DNA of 42,618 bases from Candidatus Eiseniibacteriota bacterium. Lineage in GTDB: Bacteria; Eisenbacteria; RBG-16-71-46; SZUA-252. The position numbers and the translations under genes are program-made. Below, one piece after another: positions 24,317 to 33,792 of the stretch (positions are counted from its first letter, which is position 1; every line of letters begins with the position of its first letter). Where the stretch lies: the NCBI GenBank assembly GCA_035760425.1, contig DASTSZ010000119.1, forward strand, positions 1 to 42,618, read 5' to 3'. The notes under the pieces were generated by a model. The model was not told the origin of the DNA and did not search any database. It worked only from the letters and a program-made list of their open reading frames with translations.

Positions 24317-25745
24317 TTCCCGGATCCGGGCGCTCGCGGAACAGGTGCGAGGCTCCGTCGTCGACGGCGCCGCCGCGCCGGAGGAGTTCCGGAGCAACTT
24401 CGGGCACATCGTCTCCGCGACGCCGCTCGCCCTGATTCGCCCGGCGTCCGCGGACGACGTCGTGGCGACCGTCCGCTTCGCGCGGGCGAACGGCCTCCAC
24501 GTCGCCACGCGCGGCGCGGGGCACAGCCAGAGCCATCTCGGTGTCAGCGACGGCGGGCTCCTTCTCGACATGCGCTCGCTCGGCCGCTGCCTCCGCCTCG
24601 ACGGCGACGCGCGGACGATCGACGTCGAAGGGGGCGCCGTCTGGCGCGACCTCCTCGACGCGACCTACGGCGAACGCCTCGTCCCGCCCGTTCTCACGAA
24701 CAACCTGAACGTCACCGTGGGCGGCACGCTCTCGATCGCGGGGATCGGCGTGGCGTCGTTCCGGCACGGCACGCAGGGGGATCAGGTCGAGGAGTTGGAC
24801 GTCGTGACGGGCGACGGGGAATTGACGACCTGCGGCCCCGATCGAGAGCCCGACCTCTACTGGTCGGCCGTGTCGGGTTTGGGCCAGGTCGGCGTCATCG
24901 TTCGCGCGCGGCTGAGACTGCGCCGCGCGAAATCGATGACGCGGACCTACTACCTCCTCTACGACGACACGGCCCGCTTCTTCGCCGACATGAAGCGCGC
25001 CATGGAGGACGGGCGCTGGGATCACGTCGAGTCGTGGACGTCGCCCTGCCCGCAGGGAACCAAGCCGGTGAACGGGCGCCGCCAGGTCTTCGCGCGATGG
25101 TTCTACCCGGCGCACCTCACCGTGGAGTTCGATCCGGCCTCGCCCCCCGACGACCGCGCGATGCTCGACGGGTATCGCCCCTACGAGATGCTCTACACCG
25201 ACGATCTCCCGACGCTCGAGTTCCTCGACCGCCTGGCGCCCGTCTTCGATCTCTGGAAGCGCGGCGGCACGTGGGAGCACGTCCACCCCTGGATGGAGAC
25301 GGTGCTTCCGTGGGAGACGGCGCCCGCCATGCTCGAGGCGCTCATGCCCGATCTCCCGCCTTCGATTCTGGTCGGCGGGCACGTGCTCCTCTGGCCGGCG
25401 AAGGGGAACGTCTCGCGGTCGAAGCTCTTCATGCGGCCGCCCGGCGAGGATCTCATGGGCTTCGGCCTTCTCCCGGCGATCCCCGCGAAGTTCTGGAGCG
25501 AGGCTCGTCCCATGCTCGACATGGCGAGCCGCTTGAGCGTGGCGATGGGAGGGAAGCGCTATCTCTCCGGCTACGTCGATTTCACGCCTGACGAGTGGCG
25601 GGCGCACTTCGGGCCGATGTGGGAACCCTTCGTCGCCGCGAAGCGCCGCTACGATCCCGACGGCGTGCTGAATCCGGGCTTTGTGCCGCTCCGAGACGGC
25701 GCCGCCGCGAAGAGCGCCCCGGCCTCCGCGAAGGGGCGAGGATGA
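24309..25745 (+). CDS. FAD-binding PCMH-type oxidoreductase, cytokinin dehydrogenase-like
   Basis: The GTG start overlaps the DinB gene by 8 nt. It has ATRGAGHSQSH (a GHS motif at the covalent-FAD His position of CKX-type enzymes) and VGGTLSIAGIG. The C-terminus has a substrate-domain-like ..YLSGY..F....W..HFG. Confidence 0.86.
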   Translation: MSDSRIRALAEQVRGSVVDGAAAPEEFRSNFGHIVSATPLALIRPASADDVVATVRFARANGLHVATRGAGHSQSHLGVSDGGLLLDMRSLGRCLRLDGDARTIDVEGGAVWRDLLDATYGERLVPPVLTNNLNVTVGGTLSIAGIGVASFRHGTQGDQVEELDVVTGDGELTTCGPDREPDLYWSAVSGLGQVGVIVRARLRLRRAKSMTRTYYLLYDDTARFFADMKRAMEDGRWDHVESWTSPCPQGTKPVNGRRQVFARWFYPAHLTVEFDPASPPDDRAMLDGYRPYEMLYTDDLPTLEFLDRLAPVFDLWKRGGTWEHVHPWMETVLPWETAPAMLEALMPDLPPSILVGGHVLLWPAKGNVSRSKLFMRPPGEDLMGFGLLPAIPAKFWSEARPMLDMASRLSVAMGGKRYLSGYVDFTPDEWRAHFGPMWEPFVAAKRRYDPDGVLNPGFVPLRDGAAAKSAPASAKGRG

Positions 25746-26170
25746 CGGACGCGATTCCGTTCGGGACGCGCGAGTGGTGCGAGGCGCTGGTCGCGGCCGT
25801 GAACGGCTCGAGCGAGTACCGAAACGCCGCCGCGAAGTGGGGCGTGGGATTCAACGGAAACCTGCTCTTCGCGTTCGAGGCGGGAGGCGGGCTCGCCGCG
25901 CCGCTCCACCTGCTACTGAAGCTGAAGGAAGGACGTTGCGACAGCGCGGCGTTCGTGCCGGGATCGTCGCACCCCGAGGCGGGGTTCACGCTCCGCGCGC
26001 CCTTTCCGGTCTGGCGAGAAATTCTAGAGAGGCGCACGCTGGCCGCCGCGGCGATCTTGACGGGTCGGCTGAAGGTGGAGGGGGACTCGATCGCGCTCTT
26101 GCGCCATGCCGGGGCGAATCGGGCGCTCATCCACTGCACCGCGTCGGTCCCGACAGCGTTTCCTTCGTAG
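25742..26170 (+). CDS. SCP2 sterol-carrier-like domain protein
   Basis: It overlaps the flavoenzyme gene by ATGA. It has an SCP2-type pattern ending ..AAAAILTGRLKVEGD...LL. The product is 142 aa. Confidence 0.78.
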   Translation: MTDAIPFGTREWCEALVAAVNGSSEYRNAAAKWGVGFNGNLLFAFEAGGGLAAPLHLLLKLKEGRCDSAAFVPGSSHPEAGFTLRAPFPVWREILERRTLAAAAILTGRLKVEGDSIALLRHAGANRALIHCTASVPTAFPS

Positions 26171-26207
26171 CGCGCCGTGGCCGCGAGTCGGCCCGCGCGC
26201 GGCCACG

Positions 26208-26969
26208 CTAGGCGCTCGCCCGGATCCGCTTCTTCACGGCCGCCCCGGCCGCCGCGCGCTTCACTGCGGGGGCGCGCTTCGCCGGCGATCGCTTCGCTTT
26301 CGCCCGCGCCTTCGACTTCTCCTTCCGCGCCGCCTCCCACGCCTCGACCGAAATCGGTTTCCCCGTCTCGAGGTAGGAGCGGAGCGAATCGAGCGCCCAC
26401 GACCAGGCTTCCTTCATCGTGGCGGCGTCGCGCTTCGACGCCAGGCGGGCGTGCGTCACTTCCACGCGGGACTTCGCGCCGGTCGTGGCGGAGATCGCGA
26501 ACTCCACGATCGTTCCGGGCGCGTGGTTCTCGTTCTCCCAGGTCATACGGAGGCGGCGAGGGCGCGCGACGGCGAGGAAGCGGCCGCGGTCGCCGTCACG
26601 GTTCGAGTAGGCGCCGCCCACTTCCACGTTCGCGCGCGCGCCGCGCGTGAACCATCGCGAGAGGTCCGCGGGCTTCGTGATGGCGTCGAACACGCGCGCG
26701 GGCGTCGCCGCCATGAGCCTCGAGACCGAGACCGCGAAGCCGTCGGCGCGCTCGTTCACTTGGCGCAATCCGCGCTCGCGTTCGTAGCGCACCGTGACCA
26801 TCTGCGCCCACCAAGGGGGCAGGTCGCGCTCGTCGTGGAGCCACGCGGCCGTCGCCTTGTGTCCCTTGGCCGCGGCGCCCCAACGATCGAGGATGCGGAA
26901 CCACTGGGCCCAGCTCTTGCCGGTCCTCGTTTCCACCGCTTCGTCCGAGATCTTCGCTTCCGCCGCCAT
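26208..26969 (-). CDS. DUF4287-like plus SRPBCC/AHSA1-like two-domain protein with a Lys/Ala-rich tail
   Basis: The ATG at 26969 lies 11 nt after GGGAGG. The N-terminus has KSWAQWFRILD..GHKATAAWL. The middle has PARVFDAITKPADLSRWF.., which is AHSA1-like. The C-terminus is basic (KEKSKARAKAKRSPAKRAPAVKR). Confidence 0.78.
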   Translation of the reverse strand: MAAEAKISDEAVETRTGKSWAQWFRILDRWGAAAKGHKATAAWLHDERDLPPWWAQMVTVRYERERGLRQVNERADGFAVSVSRLMAATPARVFDAITKPADLSRWFTRGARANVEVGGAYSNRDGDRGRFLAVARPRRLRMTWENENHAPGTIVEFAISATTGAKSRVEVTHARLASKRDAATMKEAWSWALDSLRSYLETGKPISVEAWEAARKEKSKARAKAKRSPAKRAPAVKRAAAGAAVKKRIRASA

Positions 26970-27307
26970 CGACGTCGGGCCTCCCAAGGGTTCGCTCGTA
27001 GGAATCGAGTTTCCGCCGCGTCGTGACCGATGTCAACCCGCAGCGCGCGCCGGCGCCTGAAATGGAAACGCGGCAGGCGACGGAGGTCTTGCGTTCGTCC
27101 CCTCCGGCGCGCTGCCGCGCCCAACGGTCATGCGGTTCGTGTCTCGGATTCAGTTCCCGCGGCGGCGCCGAGACGCGGGACGCCTCGACGCGCGGGTGAG
27201 ACCAGTCCCCATCGCGTCAGGGCCGGAGCCTGGGGCGCGGTCGCGGCCGTCGCCCCTGTTCCCAGCATCCCGTCGTCCGCCGCGGTGATCCTATGGCGCT
27301 TCGCCCG

Positions 27308-27745
27308 TCATTCGATCTTGATCGGGATCGAGGTGCCTTTCACTTCTTTGGTCTTCGGGAGCGTCACCGTCAAGAGTCCGTTCTTGAATACGGCGACGAC
27401 CTTGCCGAGTTCGACCGGCGTCGGAAGGCGGACGCTCCGGCTGAAGTTCCCCATGGCGCGTTCCATCCGGTAGAACTTCTCGTCCTTCTCTTCCTTCTCG
27501 TATTTCTTCTCACCCGTGATCGTGAGCACCTGATCGGCCAGGTGGACGTTGATCTCCTTGGGCTCGATGCCCGGGACTTCGACCTTCACGATGATCTCGT
27601 CTTTGGCTTCGAGCACGTCGAGGACGGGTGTCCATTCCCCGAAGACCGCCGGCGTCGGAAGATCGGGTTCCCAGATCCGATCGAAGATCCGATCCATTTC
27701 CTTGCGCAGCGCGGTCACGCCGTTCGACGGAACGAGCGCTCTCAT
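27308..27745 (-). CDS. Hsp20 / alpha-crystallin small heat-shock protein
   Basis: It has an alpha-crystallin domain (PVLDVLEAKDEIIVKVEVPGI.., GNFSRSVRLP, AVFKNGLLTVTLPK). A GAGGAG sits 6 nt before the ATG. Confidence 0.93.
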   Translation of the reverse strand: MRALVPSNGVTALRKEMDRIFDRIWEPDLPTPAVFGEWTPVLDVLEAKDEIIVKVEVPGIEPKEINVHLADQVLTITGEKKYEKEEKDEKFYRMERAMGNFSRSVRLPTPVELGKVVAVFKNGLLTVTLPKTKEVKGTSIPIKIE

Positions 27746-27861
27746 GGTGTTCTCCTCGGGCGGCCCGAACCCTGCCGTGCTCGCGACGCCGGGCCGCCGA
27801 CGTCTCGCCGCGAGAGCCCGGTCCCCGTGCTGCGAATCGGGCGTTCGGCTCCGTGGATTAC

Positions 27862-27877
27862 TGCACGCGCCGTGCCA
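27862..27877 (-). promoter_or_regulatory. candidate sigma-54 -24/-12 promoter upstream of hsp20
   Basis: The minus strand reads TGGCACggcgcgTGCA. It lies about 115 nt upstream of ATG 27745, in the divergent region shared with the kinase / sigma-54 activator operon. Confidence 0.6.
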
Positions 27878-28024
27878 CCGATCGCCGCCCCGGCTCGCGC
27901 CCAGGGCCGTCCGTCAAGCGTGCCTGGTCCAAGGGGTTACCCTCCCGGCCCCCGTCCACTGCTACCTCCGCAGCATTGAGGCCGCGCGCCGCCGCTGCCA
28001 AGCTGTCAGTCAGGAGGGATGTCG

Positions 28025-29249
28025 ATGGCAGGACGTGCAAGACAGACCACAGGCCGCCGCGCGCCGGCGAAGAAGACCGTGAGCCCTCGGGGGGTTCCCC
28101 CGCGCCCGGCGGCCGCCCTCATTCCCGCCTCCGAACGCCTCGATCTCGAGCGGATCCAACCGATCCTCCCGCAGCTGATCGACTCCCTCGACGAGGCGGT
28201 GCTCGTCGTCGACCAGGCGCAGCGCGTCGTCGCGGCGAATCGTCGCTACGTCGACGTCTTCGGCCTCGGCGGGCCCGTCTGCGACGCGGAGCGGTGCCCC
28301 GACCGCTGGCTCGGCGGGGAACCGGGCCGCGAGGACGCCGCCCGATGCGGCGCGTGCGACGTGATCGAAACGCGGAAGCCGACGCGCCGCCTCCGCCTCG
28401 TCCCCGACGCTCGCGGCGTTTCGCGCCGTTGGGAAGGGACCATGAGCCCGGTGCTCGACGCCAGAGGCCGCGTGACACACGTGGTCGAGGTCTGGCGCGA
28501 CGTCTCGGAGCGCTCGCGGCTCGAGAGCCAGCTGAGCCACAGCGAGCGTCTCGCCTCGCTCGGCATCCTCGCCGCCGGCGTGGCGCACGAGATCAACAAC
28601 CCGCTCGCCTCGGTGCTGGTGGCGGTGGAGTCGGTGCAGCGGCGGCTCGTCGCGGGGAGCGAGGTCGAAGGCGCCTGCACGCCCGACCCCGAGATCCTCG
28701 AACTGCTCGAGGTGATGGAGCGGGAGACGCGGCGCTGTCGCGACATCTCCGACAAGCTCACGCTCCTCGCGCAGCCCCCGACGGGGCCGAGCGCGTGGGT
28801 CGACCTGAATCACTCGGTGCGCGACACGCTCACGCTGCTGCGCTACGCCATGAAGCGCCAGGGCGTCGACGTGGAGGAGTCGCTCGCGCCCGGTCTCCCG
28901 GCCGTCTGGGCGCGCGAGAGCGGCCTTCGAAGCGTCTGCATGAATCTCATGCTGAACGCGGTGCAGGCGATGCCGGGCGGCGGCATGCTCTCGGTCCGCA
29001 CGTCGGTTTGCGACCTCGGCGTCGTGCTCGAAGTGGCCGACAGCGGCGCCGGCATCGCCCCCGAGCACATCGACCGGATCTGGGACCCCTTCTTCACGAC
29101 GAAGCCGCCGGGCTCGGGCACCGGGCTCGGGCTCTCCATCACGCAGCGGATCGTGTCGCGCCACGCCGGGCGAATCACGGCCGAGAACCGAGCCGAGGGC
29201 GGCGCTCGATTCACGGTGGAACTCCCCGTTCAGGGGCCGGGAGGCGACG

Positions 29250-29257
<8 letters not shown>
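28025..29257 (+). CDS. cytoplasmic PAS-domain sensor histidine kinase (PAS domain with 4 Cys)
   Basis: It has H-box HEINNPL, N-box NLMLNAVQAM, G1 DSGAGI and G2 GSGTGLGLS. The PAS region contains CDAERC...CGAC. A GGAGG lies 7 nt before ATG 28025, and the in-frame ATG 28019 is 1 nt after it. Confidence 0.9.
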
Positions 29258-30623
<1,366 letters not shown>

Positions 30624-30782
30624 CGGCCGCGCCCGCGCCCCCTCGCTTCTGCCGTTATCGGCGCGAGCCCTGACAGAAGCGTCAGGCCGCCGCCGCCCGC
30701 TCCCAGCGCCGCTCCGGCGTCGCGCGGCGCGGGATGCCGAAGCCGCATGCAGTTACGCCCGCCGGCCCGCCGCGCCCAGCGA

Positions 30783-30799
30783 CGGCATGCCCGATGCAT
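30783..30799 (+). promoter_or_regulatory. weaker sigma-54-like -24/-12 box between the activator gene and the pseudo-receiver gene
   Basis: The sequence cGGCATgcccgaTGCAt has correct GG/GC spacing. It lies about 225 nt upstream of GTG 31023. Confidence 0.3.
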
Positions 30800-31022
30800 C
30801 CCTCCGCCCCGGCAGCCGTCCTCGCCGCACACGGCGGCGCAGGAACCAGTGAAACCCAATCGCCGTTATTCGGCTGCCGATGCTTCGAGGGTCCGGCGTG
30901 CGGGTACCCGGGGCGGGAGTCCTCCGTCAGCGTGTCGGGGATATGGGCCGTACGGTCCACCCCAACCGAGGGCACGCTGGGCCGTGGCGTCCCGCCCCCG
31001 GGGTTACTGGACGAGGCCGCTC

Positions 31023-31448
31023 GTGCACACACCACATCACGCACCGCCGCCCATTCTTCGAATCGTCTCTTGCGCCTGCGCCGCGCCCGGCGCCGACGCG
31101 CTCACCCAGTTCCTCGAGAACGAAGGCTGCGTCACCGTGCACTGCGGCAGCCACGAGGCGCTCCTCGAAGAGATCGTTCGGAGCCCGGTCGACGCCGTCG
31201 TCTTCGGATTCGCCCCCCCCTGCTCGGTCGAGCCGGCGCTGCTTCGCGTGATCCGCCGCCTCCTTCCCGACACGCCGCTCATCATCGTGGCGCGCGACGC
31301 GACGCTCGAGATGGAGCGCATGTTCCGCGACTACCGCCCCCTCTTCGTGGCCGTGCCGCCGTGGGATCGGGGGGAACTGCGCGACGTGGTCCGCGCCATT
31401 CGCGCGCACCGAGCCAAGAAAGGCGTCTCCACCTCGACCGCCTCCTGA
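31023..31448 (+). CDS. stand-alone pseudo-receiver (CheY-fold) protein lacking all phospho-acceptor residues
   Basis: Third-position GC becomes gene-like only from about 31050. The beta-alpha pattern ILRIVSCACAA / CVTVHCG / VDAVVFGFAPP / PLIIVARD / LFVAVPP follows a REC domain, but DD, D, T and K are replaced. The proposed GTG at 31023 lies 6 nt after GAGG. The start is uncertain. Confidence 0.55.
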   Translation: MHTPHHAPPPILRIVSCACAAPGADALTQFLENEGCVTVHCGSHEALLEEIVRSPVDAVVFGFAPPCSVEPALLRVIRRLLPDTPLIIVARDATLEMERMFRDYRPLFVAVPPWDRGELRDVVRAIRAHRAKKGVSTSTAS

Positions 31449-31475
31449 CCCGGCCCGGTCGTGTAGAATGCGCCC

Positions 31476-32714
31476 ATGCCCGGGCGCGCCTGGATGAACC
31501 ACCCCCTCTGGAGGCTCGCCGGGCGTCCCGTCGTCTTCGCCGTCCCCTTCACGATCTTCTTCTTCATCACGAATCCGCGCGAATCGGGTTCGGTCGCGGG
31601 TCGCTTGACCGGCTTCTACTTCGCCTCGCTCATCTTCTCGCTCTGGGTGAACACGGCCGTCGAGGCGAACCGCGCCTGGGTCCTTCCCCGGCTCCATTCC
31701 GGCCGGGCGAGCGGCGACGAACCGCGCGACCAGATGCTCCAGGTCGCCTCCTTCGCCGTCGCGGCCCTCCTCGGAAGCGTCGGCGGCGCCCTCACGCTGC
31801 ACTTCACGATCGCGCCGAGCATGCTCGGTTCGGCGGCCGCCGTGGCGCAGGTCGTCATGTACACGATCCTCTTCACCGGGCTCTTCCTCAGCTTCATCTA
31901 CGCGGTCCGCTACCAGCGGCGTTACGTCGACCGCATCCGCGAGCAGGCGGAGATCGACGCGCGGGAAGGGCAGGAGATGCGGATCGCCGCCGAGATCCAG
32001 CAGGCGCTCCTCCCGCCGCGGTCGCGCTCGGACACGTGGTACGCCGCGGCCGGCGCGTCGATTCCCTGTCGCACGATCGGCGGCGACTTCTTCGAATACT
32101 TCGATCTTCCCGACGGCCGCATGGGTTTCGCGCTCGCGGACGTGGCGGGGAAGGGGCCGCCGGCGGCGCTTCTCGCCGCCATGGTGCAGGGGATCTTCGA
32201 CTCGCAGGCCCGGCGGGGCGACGGCCCCGCGGCGACTCTGGGTCGCGTGAACGACGCCATCTCGGCGCGGGAAATCGAGGCGCGGTTCGCGACCGTCTTC
32301 TACGCCGTGCTGGGCCGCGACGGGGAGCTCCAGTTCAGCAACGCGGGTCACAACCCCCCCTTCATTTTTCGGGGGCGGACACTCGTGGGGAGGCTCGAAA
32401 CGGGCGGCCTCATGCTCGGCCCCTTCAAGGGCGCCCAATTCGAGGAGGGACGATCGCGCCTCGAGCCGGGCGACGTCCTGGTGGTCTACTCCGACGGGGT
32501 GCCCGACGCGGAGGCGCCGGACGGCGAGCGGTTCGGGGAGGAGCGATTGCTCGCGGCGTTGAGCGGGCTGGACGGCGAGTCCGCGGAGGAGATCCGCGAC
32601 GGACTACTCGGCGCCGTGCGCGCGTTCGTCGCCGATCGCCCGCCCTTCGACGACGTCACGGTGATGACGGTGCGCTACCACGGCTCGACCTCATCGAGTC
32701 CGCCCACGTCTTGA
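31476..32714 (+). CDS. membrane-anchored PP2C/SpoIIE-family serine phosphatase (RsbU-like)
   Basis: It has 4-5 N-terminal TM helices, then GGDFFEYF, ADVAGKGPPAALL, NAGHNPP, VVYSDGV and DDVTVMTV. Confidence 0.88.
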   Translation: MPGRAWMNHPLWRLAGRPVVFAVPFTIFFFITNPRESGSVAGRLTGFYFASLIFSLWVNTAVEANRAWVLPRLHSGRASGDEPRDQMLQVASFAVAALLGSVGGALTLHFTIAPSMLGSAAAVAQVVMYTILFTGLFLSFIYAVRYQRRYVDRIREQAEIDAREGQEMRIAAEIQQALLPPRSRSDTWYAAAGASIPCRTIGGDFFEYFDLPDGRMGFALADVAGKGPPAALLAAMVQGIFDSQARRGDGPAATLGRVNDAISAREIEARFATVFYAVLGRDGELQFSNAGHNPPFIFRGRTLVGRLETGGLMLGPFKGAQFEEGRSRLEPGDVLVVYSDGVPDAEAPDGERFGEERLLAALSGLDGESAEEIRDGLLGAVRAFVADRPPFDDVTVMTVRYHGSTSSSPPTS

Positions 32715-33546
32715 GAAGCGTGGCGGCGAGGATCACCGCGCCGCCGGCGATCGCCCACGGACCCGGAATCTCCCCGTTGATCACGAGCGCCCAGATCGGA
32801 TTGAGCGCCGGCTCCACGAGGAGCAGCACCGACGCCTCGAACGCGGGCACGTGGCGCGTGGCCTTGGTCAGGAAGACGTAGCCGAGTCCGAGCTGCACGA
32901 CGCCGAGCCCGGCGAGGACGATGCCGTCGACGGGCGTGAACCGCTCGACGGGAAGCGCCAGCGGAAGCCCGATGAGAAAGGCCGTGAGATTCCCGCTCAC
33001 GACCGCGCCCGCCGCCGAGCCCCGATGGTCGCCCCCGGCGCGCCCCATCCACCGCAGCGACATGATCGTGAGCGCCCACGCCACGCCGCTCAAGACCGCC
33101 AGGAGATTTCCCGCGACCGGGTCGGGCGCCGTCCGCCGCGGCGCGTCGACACCCACGAAGAAGAGCGCGAGTCCGCCCGCGATCAGGCCCATCACGGCGA
33201 TGTCGACGGGGCGGTTTCGCTCGCGAAGGAGAAACGGAGCCGCCAACAGGATGTAGAGCGGCGCGGTCGACTGAAGGAAGATCGTGTTCGCCGAGGTCGT
33301 GAGCCGATTGGCGAGGACGAAGAGGAGCACGGTCGCCGCGTAGGGAAGACCGGCGACGACGACGCGCCACGACCAGCCGCGGCGCGCCTCCGGCATCAAG
33401 AGGAGCACGACGATCGCCGCGATGCCGGAGCGAAACGATGCGATCTGCCAGGGCGTGAGGTCGCACGCCTTGATCCCCGCGCCGCCCGCGGAGAAGATCA
33501 GGGCCGCCGCCAACACCTGTAAACGACCCGTGGCGCGTTCGCTCAT
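32656..33546 (-). CDS. EamA/DMT-family transporter
   Basis: The start is at MSERATGRLQVLAAALIFS.. (ATG 33546). It has ten TM helices in two EamA-like halves. Its 3' end overlaps the convergent phosphatase gene by 59 nt. Confidence 0.85.
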   Translation of the reverse strand: MSERATGRLQVLAAALIFSAGGAGIKACDLTPWQIASFRSGIAAIVVLLLMPEARRGWSWRVVVAGLPYAATVLLFVLANRLTTSANTIFLQSTAPLYILLAAPFLLRERNRPVDIAVMGLIAGGLALFFVGVDAPRRTAPDPVAGNLLAVLSGVAWALTIMSLRWMGRAGGDHRGSAAGAVVSGNLTAFLIGLPLALPVERFTPVDGIVLAGLGVVQLGLGYVFLTKATRHVPAFEASVLLLVEPALNPIWALVINGEIPGPWAIAGGAVILAATLLKTWADSMRSSRGSAPSSP

Positions 33547-33613
33547 GGCGGGGGAGTGTACGCTACCCCTTCGAGATGGGCCCCTGATTCGGGTCCGAAA
33601 CCGACGCGCCCCC

Positions 33614-33642
33614 TTGACAGGGTCCCGCCGCGTGGCTACCGT
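33614..33642 (+). promoter_or_regulatory. possible sigma-70-like promoter TTGACA-N17-TACCGT
   Basis: It has a perfect -35 and a weak -10. It lies about 150 nt upstream of the PKD protein gene. Confidence 0.25.
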
Positions 33643-33792
33643 CTTCTTAGTCGGGCGCCGAGCCGGAACTCGGTCCGCCGACGGTCTCGTCCCCAGGCAG
33701 CCCCAGTACCCGTCCCTGCGGTCCCCGCCCCCTCGTCGTCCCAGCCGGCGCGAAGTCGCGCACCCTTCGCGCCATGAGAGACAGGTGAATTC

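Noticed and set aside
27746-27852. A ROSE/fourU-type RNA thermometer was considered in the predicted hsp20 leader.
   Set aside because: The leader has a strong stem (CTCGCGGCG...CGTCGCGAG), but it does not sequester the GAGGAG Shine-Dalgarno. I see no U-rich or UYGCU anti-SD segment.
30651-30874. The repeated strings GCCGTTATCGGC / GCCGTTATTCGGC (plus GGCGTTATCTCGC at ~4105) and CTGACA/GTCAGG (27997, 30669, 4028) were considered as a shared activator-binding motif.
   Set aside because: The common cores are only 6-7 nt. I expect several chance occurrences of such hexamers in 85 kb of two-strand sequence. Their positions relative to the -24/-12 boxes are inconsistent. They are kept only as a note inside the 30624-31022 finding.
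30734-31022. N-terminal extensions of the pseudo-receiver (ORF 30747..31448) and the 715-aa ORF 30734..32881 were considered.
   Set aside because: The upstream 90 codons are Arg/Pro-rich with only ~75% third-position GC, against >90% in real genes here. The 715-aa frame runs through two genes that have clear motifs in another frame.
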